64,000 nt of DNA from Iphione sp. A-MEVVRFRX5. Lineage: Eukaryota. The notes beneath the pieces are model-generated. The model saw only the letters and a list, made by a program, of their open reading frames with translations. It searched no databases and had not been told where the DNA came from. The number at the start of each line of letters is the position of its first letter. Position 1 is the stretch's first letter. Shown here one piece after another: positions 12,995 to 26,278 of the stretch. The stretch spans positions 61,256,001 through 61,320,000 of the forward strand of contig OZ320317.1 of NCBI GenBank assembly GCA_976226885.1, given 5' to 3'. Position numbers and translations under genes: made by a program.

Positions 12995-14269
12995 TACATG
13001 TATGAATATATACATTATGTTTGGCAGTCGGAAGTGTCTCAACAGTAATCATCTCATAATACATTCATGCAAAAGTCGTTTACGCGTAGTGCATCGATTT
13101 AAGGGACAAAACATGGGTAGGGCTAACTAGTATATTGTTCATGTTAGCGAAACATGTTTCAAATGATTCATTCCACGGCTGCTGGGATCACAATGAGTCT
13201 TAGATTTCTATAAAGTATTAATCTAATTGTGTTCTTGACTAGCGATAATATTTACGGTACATAGCAGACAGATTCAGTTTAGGACCAGCCCTGAGAGTTG
13301 TCCTGTGATGTTCTCGTGGTTGAAGCCTTTGTGTTGCTACTCGCTCTAAAATGAATTATCGTCTGTGACATTCTCAAAAACACATTCATGCCCTTTGGAA
13401 AGGCTTTTGTGTTCTTTCAATTAAAACCCAATCTCCAGTGTTGATTACATGATTGAAAGGTTTTTATAACCTAATAAAACAGAACTGGCTTTGAAAACAT
13501 AACCAATGGGAGGACTGAAACAAGACTACATTTCCCGTTGTTTTTATTGGGCCAGCCGAATATTGCAATGTTACAAACTAACTATGGATAATTCAATTTA
13601 GGATAAGTACACCTTTCAGATAGAAAGTCGTTCTAAACTGGTGACGTTAGGACAACGTATTGCACAGTCCAATATGATGTGATTTAAGTATAGATGTACA
13701 TTAGAAGAGCCGACTGATTCATCTGTCTCCTTCAGCTTCGTTGCGGACTGTATGGACTGAACTTCATATAATGTACAAGACCTTTGCACGAAGAGTGGTG
13801 AGCCTTCTATACTTAAACAGTCGAAAGGCAGGACTAGATCTGTGTCGGTCCTCCAACTTCATTTCAAAGGGTATGCTTAGGAAATGATATTGTGTGCGTG
13901 ACCTTTAAACAAAGGGTGGCGGTCCAAGTTTCCTAAGGCCTTCAATTATTCAAGGATTGAATACGTCAAAGTGCCACTGAACTTGTTAATTTCAGGCATT
14001 GTAGGTCTCAATGCCTCCTTACTTAGAGTGGTGTTCTTGACACATGCTTTTAAAAACTCAAATGAATCGTTGGCGCCTTCTACAGCGCGTTAAGATTTTT
14101 ACTGTCACCTCTTGTGAACATAAACATTATTTTACATGAAGAAGGAACTATTGTATTCAACAAAACAAGACTGTTCCCTATTGTACATCCATTCATAGTT
14201 TAGATTCCGCACTTTGAACAGGTATGTGGCCAAAAGTAGATTAATGCAACAAGACAGTCAGTGGAAAAC

Positions 14270-14921
14270 ATGTGTCACATATCTCTGTTGCTGTTGTCTG
14301 GACGTTATAGAGGAGGTCGTAGCAGAGGCAGTGATCACCAGGTTTATCCACTATTATCATAGATCTTTAGTTGTAGGGAGTATTGCAATACATTTGAGTA
14401 CACGTATGTATATTCATAATCAGCAACGGATATTTTAACGAAATAGTGGCTTGAGGGACATAAAAAGGGAGTGTTTCGTGCGGACGGTAATTGAAGTGTC
14501 CCAGTGGTACGTAGGCTTGGTTATTAAGCTATATCAAGAACCAAGTTGATGCTCTTAGGAACGTTCTGGTTCCGAATGATAGATTTATAAATGGAATATC
14601 CGCAGCCTCGGCTTTGTTGGCCTTTTAGATGGGTATATTATAGCTGGGATTTCCACTGTAACGTGGATTGATAATCGAATTTGCTTGTTCGTTGAGTTTG
14701 TTTGTGGACATATTTACGGGAAGGTAACGTGTAAGTCCGGTTATACCGAATGAACTACATTTCTCATCGGGGCCGCAAATCAGCATTACGAATAGCTCAG
14801 GAGGGCAAGGAAATGGAAGTCAGTAGCTGAGCTCTTGAGAGTGATTCCCAATAGTGGCGCCACGACAGCTCATGTAAGCTGCCATCTAGAGGCTCTGGAG
14901 AACTAAAAAAATCCAGCCCAT
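14270..14921 (-). pseudogene. Candidate intronless LRR-protein pseudogene (signal peptide + LRRNT + decayed LRRs)
   Basis: One frame from ATG 14921 reads MGWIFLVLQSL*MAAYMSCRGATIG...*LPFPCPPELFVMLICGPDEKCSSFGITGLTRYLPVNMSTNKLNEQANSI, i.e. a hydrophobic leader plus a CP..C..C...L..LP cap. LNNQAYVPLGHF follows. Four in-frame stops and a frameshift near 14462; LRR periodicity is irregular. Confidence 0.4.
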
Positions 14922-16299
14922 TTTTTCCGCAAACGTGGACAGTGCCAAAAAAGGTCACTGCCATCTCGACAGCGGACAAATTCCCCTCCCTGGTCGCCTG
15001 TTTGTAAGACCGCCGCAGTTCAGACTGGCCAATTTCACAGACTGCCAGCTTTTCAGGCTTAATGCGTCTCAGAAACCTCCCAGGTGAGGGACGGGCGTAG
15101 ATGGTGTTGAGAGTGAAAGCACCTTTTCCAGAACCTTTACGTATGTATGACCATGCCACTTGGGGGAGAGTCCGCTGGCCTTTGTAAAGTTTCCACAGAA
15201 GTAGTTGCCAAATTTTTCTCAGTGACTGTTTCATATGGCACTGCAATAGATTTTCCTTCAAAACGTCTGTTGCGTATTTTTTCTGCAGTTCCAGAGTTAA
15301 TACGCCTAGAAGCTTCTCATATTTCCCCGGAATGGTTTCACTTCTCTTCGCCAGAAGACCAGTTTCCAGTTAACTGAAATAGAATTAGAGAGAAACACAT
15401 CGACCAACATGAAATACATACACGTTGGCAGGTAGAGCAGTGTACAGTTTCAAATCCAGTAACCAGGCCACTATGTGTTTCGGAGAATTTGTAGTTTTAT
15501 CTTGACCCCGAGGTGGCTCATATATTTTACATCTTAAAATTTATGGGTTTTTGTTAGGCATAACTTGAACACAGTCCATGGCAGGAAAGCACATTGGGAT
15601 GAGATTTTCAGTTATGGTGTTATTTGTGTAAGACAGATGGGCAGGAAAAGCGATAGGAAGATAGGCAGTTAGCTATAAATGGGACAGCTTTGTGACTTGA
15701 TTGCCCAACCTAATGTAAAAAGACGATTCGCATTGCAAGATCGACATCATTAAAGGCAGCATTGTTTGCGTCTATTTTTCCTTTTTTTAGCGATAAGGAC
15801 TGTGATATGTTTTTTGTTTTGATTTGTCACCAGCTGTCCATAGTAATAACATGCGCCGCCCAGTCATCACACAAGCCTCGTCAGACCAGAGCGGCAATCT
15901 TAGCACATTAAGAGGCCTCTATACACACATTGCGGCCGACAGCGGTTACGCTTGTTTTTAACATAAGTGACAACCCAAATGGATCGTGTACAGTAAGAAA
16001 ACTTAGCGAGTCACAACACCTTCACTCACACAGGCAAAAAAAGACATAAGCTTATAGGCACGGTGCCTCCCTCTTGCGGCGACAGAGCTAATCATCCCCC
16101 TCAAACACAAACGTTCTTGTACTTCCGGCGCGGCGGGAGGCAAGGCTCATCCGGCGGTTGGCTTCTTCCGGTTGGATGATTGGCCAGCCTCCTTCTCCAT
16201 CCATCCCACTGGAATAACCCCCAGACGTCCTCATTGCCGCCGGGTAATTGAGACTGGCTTCAGGTGATTTGGGCCATTCGCCGCCTCTGGCTTCTTCAG

Positions 16300-17250
16300 C
16301 GGGGCCCAAGTGGCTTCAGGTGAAATTGAACTGCCGGCTCGCTTCCTGGTTGTGCCACCTAGTAGAGCGTGCGTTGGGAGCCGTGAACCGCTTGATCAGC
16401 CGGGGGAGGGGCTTTGGCAGGCAAAAGGGGAAGGTAGGTAGGTGATTGGAGCTGAAGCGAAAGTGAGGTGGCTGCATAAGGTGCAGCGAGATGGTCAGGA
16501 AATGCATTGGAAAGGCTGTACTTGTATAGGATGAGGACCAAGGGACGTGACAGCCAGGTCAGGGTTGGGGGAGCTTGGTAGGAAGGGAGGTTATGTAAGA
16601 CAAGTTGTGAGTCAGTGTGAGCAGGCATCATTGTCAATCTCGAGAACGTTCTTACGATCGGAAAGGGAACCGCAAGGTTACGTCGGGGCACAAGAAGTAG
16701 TCTGTCAGAGTGGTGTTGCGGCAGGCAGTGGAAAGTAGAAAACAGAAAGAATTGTGTGGGTCGCAGGAACATCTATCGTGAAAAGGGCGAACGCTTAGAG
16801 AGTGGAGAGTAATTACAAAACACAGAGAAAGTTTACCAAAATGTTGTACTCATTTGTTTTGTTGGAGATAAGGTGGAACGGTTTAACAGAGATCGAAGGT
16901 TTAGAGTTGGCTGCAGAAATGTGCATTGGATAGGTGATGGTTTGTTAAGTGTCTGGAGTAAGAAGTGAATAGCAAGTGAAAGTGACGAAAATTAATGTTG
17001 CCCTTTCAGATAATGGGAGGTTAGGTAGAGAGCAGCAAGGTTAGAGGTACAAGAATACTGTCCATATTAGTGGTGGTTTAAAGATTTGTGGGAAGCAAAG
17101 GACACGAAAAGGTAGGATCAGGTAGAATAATGCTGTCCTTGCAGTTTAGACACTGGTGGGAGGATAGAGATGTAGGTGAAAAGGATTAAGTGTTTTTTTG
17201 CAGAAAGGGTCATATCTAGCCTTCCTTACTTGGAAAGATTCATATTATCC
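16300..17250 (+). mobile_element. Heavily decayed LINE of the A/B clade
   Basis: Across frameshifts it reads GRKGGYVRQVVSQC..FL, KGRTLRE..LF and IRWNGL. The SQC-to-W spacing is 264 nt versus 258 nt in element A. A G-rich tail follows. Confidence 0.5.
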
Positions 17251-17954
17251 ATGCAATTACCAATAGTCGATAATCATAAAGGCCCTTGGTTGAAGTAAAG
17301 GATCATTAGCCTTGTGAGCAAATGTTTCTGCACGGACATGCATGTTTATATAAAATTACATACCTGCCTTTCACTCTATATTCTCTACTATCTTCTTTTT
17401 TTCACAAGGAGGACTTTCTGTAAGCATAATTGTTTTATTCTTCGGAGCCCTAATAGCATCGAACAAAGAAAACTTTTTGCAGTTTCGTCGCTCCCTAAAT
17501 GACTTTCCCAATGATTTGTTTTTTTGTCCGAATTCTGTTTTTAAGATAGCTCTTTCTTGTGGGATTTCTTGGTCCCTGCCATTCGGTGAAAATGGTTCTC
17601 CTTCTGGAAAAAAGTGAAAATCTGTTTGCTAATGCCACTTTTGTAGAGATATTGTCCCCTACCTCCAAGAGGATTGCGCGGCATTAGGATCACTGTTTTC
17701 CGACCATCCTACCTTCCATCACAACTTTGTCTCAAAAATTCAATACCCATAGCTCAAAGAAACTGAAAGCTAGATATAATACTCCCCCCGACACTTAAAG
17801 TATTTCTGTTTTATAAAAAGTAATTTAAAGGTGAAATTATGATGTATCAATATATTTTTCTCACCAATGCACCAACACATATACACACACATTACCTGTA
17901 TAGTGTGCAACATTGTGTTTGTCAACTGGCTGTACCCAGGCATATACAGGGAGG

Positions 17955-18079
17955 GAGGCCTCTGACCTCTCCCGCCACCCTCTCCATGTGTGAGGTAGAC
18001 ATCAGAGAGGTCGCCAGAGAGGCCTCCGACCTCTCCTGCCACTCTCTCCAAGGTGTGAGAAATATCAGGGAGGTCGCCA
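17955..18079. repeat. Two copies of an about 64-bp unit with internal inverted repeat
   Basis: gaggcctc(t/c)gacctctcc(c/t)gccac(c/t)ctctcca...tgtgag...atcag(a/g)gaggtcgcca occurs twice, starting at 17955 and 18019. Confidence 0.85.
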
Positions 18080-21000
18080 TTGATGCCCCCAGTCGGTAAT
18101 TGATAGTAAAATTTACTGAAATTGAACCTTTATCGATTGGTTGGATGGTCATTTTGATCAAAAATCAGTATGGTCGGTAATCGATAGTCAATCATATAGG
18201 AAATGTATTGCAATTATTTCCATTCCGAAGACAATTGGTCGGAATGGGCGGTTTGGTTGGTAATCGATGTGGTTGCAAAGTGAGACTCTACTGTAATTTA
18301 TTATGTGAGTGTGCTGATAGACGCAGGTGCATTGAGCTATACAAGATATGGAGCTGTGTGCCAGTCTGCTCTTCCAGCCAGGACTACCTCAGATCCAGTT
18401 CATTGAATGAGCTGGTGGGAGACAATAGACACACATCCGCTCTCTTGTAGCTATAACATTTCTAAATCAGACGCGCTATGATGCTGCAGTGATTGAAAAT
18501 TCTCTTGGCCAACATGAAATGATTTAGAGTATGATGACTGTAGATTGGCTAAAGGGCTGGATCGGGTCGTCCTTCCCGTCAGACACAGAAGGTTGTGTTT
18601 ATTTTTTCGCCAGAGGGCAATAGTGTCAGCGGGAAGCGAGACCGTCGCCAGCAGCTGACTGGATCACATGATCAGGTCACCCGGGCCGCCTTTCATTTTG
18701 TCATTCTTTCCACGAGGATCAAAGCAGTAGGGCGGAGAAGGCACACACACAGATAATCATCTTCGATAGAGAGACACAGTCAGAGCAACAGGTAGAGAAT
18801 ATAAAGAGTAGATTACGTGACTTGAGGCACAGGAAGACAGCACAGAAGAAAGCAGACTTTAAAAGCATAGCGGGATCTTGGCTAGCTCCTCGCATTCTCC
18901 ATCAAAAGAGTAGTTAACTGAATTACTATGCTTTTATCGTAAAAATAGTTTTTGCACTTAATCTTATTCCTGAGATCTGCAATTATCGACTCGTGCTTGT
19001 CGTAGCGACAAAAAAAAACCCAAGGTATTCCTGGTGGCAATCTTGGTTCCCTCGTTTGTTGTTGTCAGATAGGTAGGTAGGAAGTCAGATAAGTTATCGA
19101 TCGGTATTGGTTTGAGAGCCGTTGCTCCGGTATAAGAAGTTCACCTGAACCGATGGAAGCACTTACATTGAGTACTGCTTCCTGCCCTATCATGTACCCA
19201 CCGCCGTCATGACATGCATGTCTGTATGATTTAGCCCTACAACCCCTTAGTTATCATGTACATCTGTCTTTCGTTGCACAAATGCATAGTAGACTCGTCT
19301 AATGGATCACTCCGGGCAGTACAGATAGCTCCCTGCATGTCTTGCGATGCTCATTTTGTTGCCATGCTAGCCAAACCCCACTCGACTTCCCATCTAGACA
19401 TCAACTTCCCCCCCCCCCCCGCCCGTACCTCCTTTGTCCTCGTGCATTACATCTCCATCTCTCCTCCTCACCTCTTTCACAGAAACTTTGTCAAACCCTA
19501 GAACAGTTCTCTGCCTGTTTGTCACGTGACTACTGCACAGTGTTTGCCGCCCTTCAGTCGTACTCAGCAGCCGTCATCTCAGCTTGAACAAACACTCCCG
19601 CGTCACTAGTTTGTGGAGAAACAGGAGCAATTGACTATTCCAAACAAGAAGCCCAACTCTAGATCGCTTTGCATTGTACATTTTTGCGCTCGCCGACCAG
19701 GTTTGTGGCGTGCCCGCATTTACAATAATACATAATGCGGTCGAATGCACGACGAATGAATTGTATACAAACACAGTTTTCAGTGTAAATTTCCTTCACA
19801 TGAAGGTTGCCGCAGGAGCGACGGGCCTAGACGTCATCACTGCTATTATCCGATGCAGGTAGTCGTTGTGCTCACCGAAGTTTCCCTGTGAAAAATGAGC
19901 GGATCATGACTATAGCGGATCGTGCCAACCATGGAGAAGAAACGTGCAGACTCAACTAAAAGAGCCTATGCAGCAGCAGTTAGACGGAAGCGACAGTTCT
20001 TTAGTCTGTGTTAAATTGGCTTTTATGAAGTAATGACTCGATGAACGCTCGGGTCACATGTCAGTATTGAATAGCCCGAAGCCCTGCCTCGAGGACAACA
20101 GGGCTTTGAAAACGATTTGGCTCAACCGTGTGGAATTCTGTCAGTTATGCTAGTCTGTTTACAAAGATCGTTTTACGAGGAGATCGAGATTCGGATTACA
20201 CCCCCCCCCCCGCTTCAGCATTTATGAGCCACATCTCAAAGGCAGATTCATATTCAAAAGAGGATGAACTTACCTAGTTGTATAAAAAGGAAATCACTGT
20301 GTAGAATGACACGCTCAGTTCGGCGTTCACGTTTCTTTTTTATTTTTTGTACTAAGGGCCCGAGGACTTTAGAAGGCCTCCTATTCTTACAATACACATT
20401 AATACAGATGCATGCAAAAGGATGCCCGCAGACAAAGTGCAGAAGACAAAGGAAGATTATACATGCAAACCTCCATGTATAAGTATACCATTGCCTTCGA
20501 CAAAGTACATGTATCTTGATTCACCATTGTATAGCCATACAATTTTCGTCAAAGATCTCTTTCATCATACCGTTTCTACGTGCTTCTATTTCGCCCTTGT
20601 ACAACCTGATCGTCGTAGACTTGCCACAGGCACTGCCTCCATACCTTTTCTTGTCCGTGTCGTCTTTCATTGAGCCTCAGCATACTTTGAAGTTGGGAAG
20701 AAAACTGTAGAAGCAGCACGAATGTGATATTTGATGTGGGAATAGTTCGTCTTACAGAAGCAAACACCGTGGGAGTAGGTAAAAGGAGGAGGGGGAACTA
20801 CCACCATAGAGACCTTTGTTAGACCCATACGTTTAGGTATTATTCACGCAAACAACATAACGTTTGATGGCCTTTGCTTCGTTTGCCCAACAGTTACGCT
20901 CGCCGTTGAATCTCGAAGTCAACTGTACTCAGTAGTGTCAAATTGCACTGAATAATATTGAACTGAAAGAAGAGAAAAACACTCTTTCCCCGGCAAGCAA

Positions 21001-21980
21001 TCACTGATGCCCTTAATCAGTTTCATGTTCTGGAAGAAATCGTTTTTATTTGCCAACGATTGGTCTCAGACTGACCAGGCCTAACTTTCATCTGGTTGGT
21101 AGATGGAATTAAAAGTGAAAACCAGACTGCTTCGTGGCGAAGTCACTTGCTGGTCGAAGTGTTGTTTGCAGTTTGTGAGAGTGGCATTTGAGAACGATGA
21201 TTTAAAGGCGTGCAGGTCAGTGATGTGATTGATTAGTCCTGAATGAAGACTGTGGTCTGTGCCAGACTTAATGCCAGTGGCGCACCGTCCGTTCCAGCCG
21301 GGCCCTTTTCGTTAGATTTTTTTTCGTCATTCGATAAATGAGACTACCTATTCCAGATTGATATGGCTTCTATTACTATTTTCAGCTTAGGCCAGCACAC
21401 GAACAGGAAATTTCGCGTGCCACCTCGCGGGAATGGATTGATAGCAGATTCTGGGATGGTGTGATAAAGGGATTTAATCTGCGGGACCGACTGGCACGTC
21501 ATCTCGCGAAACTCACGCTTTCAGACGCACCAAGGTGTTTCTTTGCAGCTTCCGCAATCGATTTCGCCACGATCAAGTTCATCCGCTTGGCAGGTGTTAA
21601 TATTAAGTTAAGTTTAAAAGATAACCATTACCCTGCACACTTAGCAATTAATTTTACGTTCACTTGTAAGAAACAGCCTATAAGGCAGTCCGAAACTAAA
21701 CCGATCGAACAGTATCTGAACCTGAAGGTATCTTGGTCACTGGGGTGTTAATCTCTGTACCTTCGATGAAAAAGAAATATGTGGCTTTGATTAAGTCTGC
21801 TCATTATTTCACCGCGCTTGGGATCAGCTGGGTTGACATGTTATTGTGAAGCCTAGAAGCATCGTTTCCACTGTAATGTTGACTTGAGGTGGGCTCTTTG
21901 ATCTGGTTTGGTTGTACGTGTGTGCTGAGCTATCGACCGTGCATTCGTGGAGGCAACCGACTAGACTAATGGGGATCGAC

Positions 21981-22322
21981 TGCCTGCCGTATCCCCAGGA
22001 TCCGTTCCCAGCACTTACACGAGGAAACCATAGGTGCCTCTTCCTTATCTCTAAACACCCCTGATCATAGATGAATGGAGTATTCAGCGTTGGTCATCTA
22101 TAGGATTCTTCGCATCTCCTTTCTAACAAAAAAGTCTATGGAGCGTACACCTCTAGAAGCCACCATTGCCTGTCTTATCCCCCAGGATCGTCTCTGTGGC
22201 ACTTATATATGATTGAAAGCTGTCCCTTTTCTGTAAATACTGTTGATCGTCACAATTAGCTTGACAGGGGATTGAGTCCTGGTCACTTAGGGAATTGTAG
22301 GCGTTAAATCTCTAACAACAAA
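21981..22322 (-). mobile_element. Two tandem decayed copies (about 186-bp period) of a tRNA-derived SINE-like unit
   Basis: tgcctgccgtatccccaggatc (21981) and tgcctgtcttatcccccaggatc (22167). The reverse complement of about 22265-22319 (gttgttagag...gtgaccaggactcaatcccc) resembles tRNA A/B boxes. Confidence 0.45.
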
Positions 22323-24003
22323 TGCTTTAGGCCGTGTGTATCTCGAAGCAAGCAACCATTGTAATAGGATTGAATGCCTGACTTATCGCCAAGATCAGTC
22401 CCTGAGACATATACATGAGGCACTGCTTCCCTTTATTTAAAAACACTCGTGATCACTGTGATTACATCGAATGGATGATTAAGATTTTGGTCACATATAC
22501 AGAGTTTTTCTCATCCAATAGAAGTAAATCTTCAGTATTATGGTTGTTCCCTACCTCAGCGGCCTCAGCGAGGGAAAACAAAGAAATGCGACTGTCTAAC
22601 CCTCCTTGTGTGACCCTCCTTACCTGCAATGTGAAATTGCTATTTTGATATAGCATTATTTCATTTGGACACTTGATAATAGCTTATTTCTGCATTGTTT
22701 GCTGAATTTTAAAGATCAAATTTATGTAAAAACACACGGTTGGAGATTAACATTTGGTTATGGCACAGTGTTCACCCTAGCAGAATATACCAGCTACATT
22801 TGATTGAATGGCTGGTGGGGCAAAATAGACCTTGTGGGTCCCTCTCTTTGTCCACATTGTTTCTTTTTAAAAATTAGTATATATGAAACCGACGTCGTCG
22901 GTTTGACGAAATAACTGCAACATTATATATCAACACCCCATGGGCAATGGTATTTTTAAATTTTGGTCAGAGTAATTTAGTGAAGTACTGTAACATCCTC
23001 CTGATTATCACATTACGCCGCTTCATACACATCGTCCAAAGTCGGTACAGTATATAGCTTTTCCTCAGGCGGGTGGATTGTTTAGTTTGTGTGCTGGTAT
23101 CGATTGGTGTTAGTCAATCATGGCTGAGCTGCCTATAAATGGGAAGTTTACCATCACATCCTCTAGATATTCATTTAAAGATGACATGCACCTATCCCAA
23201 CTAGCAGTAGTTGGGTTTTGGGCATTCATTATGTGGACATAAAAAGTCCGAACTAGAGAAAAAAAAACTGTCAACAGTAATCCATTAACTAACAGGCTGT
23301 ATAACTGCATCGACAACCCTTGTATAGATTTCCTAATATAGCGGGCGTTTTCCGTTTTATAGGCCACTTGCTCAATGATAATTATTTTCGAGCGATTTTT
23401 CCCCTGTACGTTGAACACACAGGAAATTATCCAAATGGTTTGTTTTAAACAGTGCGTGAGGCGGCCCGGAAATTAAATTACATACATGCATGATAAGAAA
23501 AGACACATTACACTATTATGAGAAATCATAGGTGCAATTAATCATATCAAGCTGAGTCACTGTATTCTTTGGTCTAGGTGGTCATTATGCCCAGAAGATC
23601 TAAGCAAGAATCCGTTAGGTTTATTAGAATTAAGAAGAGTTGTTTTGTATTTTGCGGAGTGTAATCGGCGCTGTTGGTTTGATGTCGCTGAGGGGCAGAT
23701 AATTCGACATGGCACGCCCCCCTATGATCTTGTCCTTATTTCTCCTGGGGAACAGTGGGTTGCTTTACGTGTTCCCAGTGGTTAAAGGAGAGGAAGATTA
23801 AGGCAGTGATCCCTACTGGGGTGCGCTTCCTACACTTGGAGATTCTATTTCATTCAGACACATAATACGATCTAATACCGGTTTACTCCTGTTTCGGTCA
23901 CTACCTATGTATGCACGAAAATCTCCATGAGGTCCTGAGGACGGGTATCTTGTAGATAAATTCATAGAAGTCATTTTCCCGGCGGCCCTGGCATGGGTTA
24001 GTA

Positions 24004-24197
24004 CAGTAGTAGCCCTTTCAGGGACCACCTCAAAACGGAGACCATCCCATAAATAGGACCATATTGAAAAAGAAAAAACATATATTTTCCTCTGTTTCAT
24101 TTTATATAAATTCTTAATAGGACACTGTCTCCTAAAAGAGACCACCCTACTTCGTACCACTTGTGAATAGATCATAAAGTGGATGAGGATTGAATTG
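24004..24197. mobile_element. Decayed pogo/Tigger-like MITE
   Basis: TA|cagtagtagccc start, internal ggacca/gagacca repeats like the 12816 MITE, and a degenerate right end gaggattgaattg|TA. Confidence 0.5.
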
Positions 24198-24429
24198 TAT
24201 ATATATACGTGGGGCTGTTTTGTTGCTACACTGTTTGTTATGAACACACACATTTAGCAAACGATGCCCTTGTGTACAGATTAACCTAGACGGCGCTGTT
24301 ACGATTATTATATCCACTCGGACACTCTCCCGTTCATAGCTTGTCCCTTTAACATTAGAAAGCAACTTGAGCTTTATGGGTTGCATTTGGAGCTGATCCC
24401 AGCAGCCAGAAGCCAAATGGTTGCATTAT

Positions 24430-24830
24430 CAACCACCAGCGAGCCGCTAACAAGCGTGTAACGGACGAGCCCGTGAGAGCCTTCGAACAGCCGTATGATT
24501 GGCTCCTCGGATCACGTGTTACCTCATATGGATCACGTGACCGACTGACAGGCGGCCATCTTGGGATGTTGGGCGTTAGTGGTTGCTGATTGGATTAGGT
24601 TGGTGGGTTAGGATTGGGGAGGAGGCGTAGCCTCATCGGCTGTCGTCGGCTCTCGTCGCCTCTCGTTCGTTCTCGCGGGAATGAAAGTCTTTGGGTCAAG
24701 GCCGCCGGATGTTGGCAGTGTAGCATGTGAATGGGCTCTTTGCGCTGCCCTGACGACAGGTGGCGCGTGCAAATGGCGCCTCCACCGCCACCCTCGCTGG
24801 AGGGCGCCGTGCTGCCTATTAGAGTTCGAC
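24430..24830. promoter_or_regulatory. CpG-rich promoter-like island (CCAAT, paired E-boxes, YY1-like, CTCF-like)
   Basis: ATTGG at 24498; GGATCACGTG twice, 21 bp apart (24509, 24530); GGCGGCCATCTTG at 24551-24563; further ATTGG copies; TCGCTGGAGGGCGCC at 24794. Confidence 0.4.
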
Positions 24831-26262
24831 TGTCTGGATGTAGGGTTTGGTCAACTTGAGGTCCCTATTAGGAACCACACTGGACCATCTCTGCGATACA
24901 AGCGCGGGAGGGATGAGGCAAAAATGTCACTTTAAGAAGATCTAAACACGAGCCCCTCTGTCATAGACTACACTTTTATCGGAAAATAGTATCTAGCTTG
25001 AGGACAACAATACATATATTAATTCAACGATACCCCTTATAATTTGACATCGTAGCAAAGCAGCTATAGAGGGGTGGTAATGTAATACAGGTTTGTATAG
25101 CCTTGGGTCAGAAAAAATGTATAATTCATGCAATATGCTTAAGGGTAGAAAATGTATCTGCACAAATGAAAATAAAACCAAGGGGGAAGACAATCACATA
25201 CTGAGAAGGAAAGGCAAACGCAGCGTCAGTGCCAAGCTTGTCATTGTCCCTCCCCTCACATGCAGGATCTATTTGTGTCACACAACACTACTGATCAGTC
25301 GTCATGGTAGCATTACACACAGCTCCACCAAGCGACACGAGCCGGTACTAGTTGGCGTGTCACGCAAGCAGACAAGTGTCCAATCGTCCCCTATCACTAG
25401 AATTGTCATCTGACACAAGCCTAATGGGCTAGATGTATATGTTTTGGGCCCTCAGAACAATTTGTCCCCTGTCTGGCTTTCTGTTTCCATCTCAATATTC
25501 ATTATTTCGTTGTTTTCCCTTCGCTATTTTTCGCTTTTTTCCGGGCAACTGTTCATGGGTTGAACTGAATTGAACACCAACCTTTCTTTATATCGTTGTG
25601 ATTATGTGCCATGATACATATGTATTTCTGTGTAACAGTGGCTTTATTGGAGAGGGTGTCTTCCTTAACCTTATACGGTTAGTGTGCATGTACATGTATG
25701 TCTAATCCGACACATCCATAAATGGATAAATGTATCTACGTATAATTAGTTACGTATGGGATTTAACAAATTGATTTCAAGATTAAATACTATTTAAATA
25801 AAGATATTAATTTGTTAAGAAACAGTTTTAGCGTCGTTTGGTCAAATATTAGCTTCTACACATTTGCTTTGTGTCTTCTCTGCACGTGTCTAACGCAGCT
25901 ACAAGCACCATAATACGTGCAGTCCCTGGCGATTGAATATATCAAAATAGGCAGTCACGTATCTCATTATTCTACGAGACGTCCTGATAGGATTAAAAGT
26001 TTCGAAATCAAATCGAATTTTTATCCTTACATCGACATAATCTAGGCTTTCCAAGTATTATAACGCAGATTTCATTAAAATTCCCATACATACAAAGATG
26101 TTTACATGTATATATATATATGTGTGTGTGTGTAATAGTACGCTCGATTACTGCGTAACTTGAATTAAGAAAATAGGCTGGGGTTCGGTATTACCTTTTG
26201 ACTACTTCAGAATTCTATACGCGGAAACGTCTGACAACTGCAATTTGTAGTCGCCTGTGTCG

Positions 26263-26278
26263 CCACCAGGGGTCGCCT
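26263..26278 (+). promoter_or_regulatory. CTCF-like site
   Basis: CCACCAGGGGTCGC has one mismatch to the CCACCAGGGGGCGC core. Confidence 0.35.

Noticed and set aside
14797-15370. Minus-strand open frame of about 190 codons overlapping the LRR candidate
   Set aside because: No recognisable motifs, and roughly one such frame is expected by chance in a window this size.
16080-17250. Minus-strand reading as an L2 RT (LSRPLVLILYK, RSTRWHN)
   Set aside because: The plus-strand reading gave motifs in the order and spacing of element A, so it was preferred; the strand is still not certain.
19800-19860. ATG...MKVAAGATGLDVITAIIRC|GTAGTC as a possible PLXDC first exon
   Set aside because: Not a convincing signal peptide, and the donor is weak.
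21358-21751. Plus-strand open frame of about 130 codons after a tttcag acceptor
   Set aside because: No similarity to PLXDC or any family I recognise.
22886-22904. Perfect 9-bp inverted repeat AAACCGACG-T-CGTCGGTTT (a similar one at about 59702-59722)
   Set aside because: Short, isolated and without supporting context.
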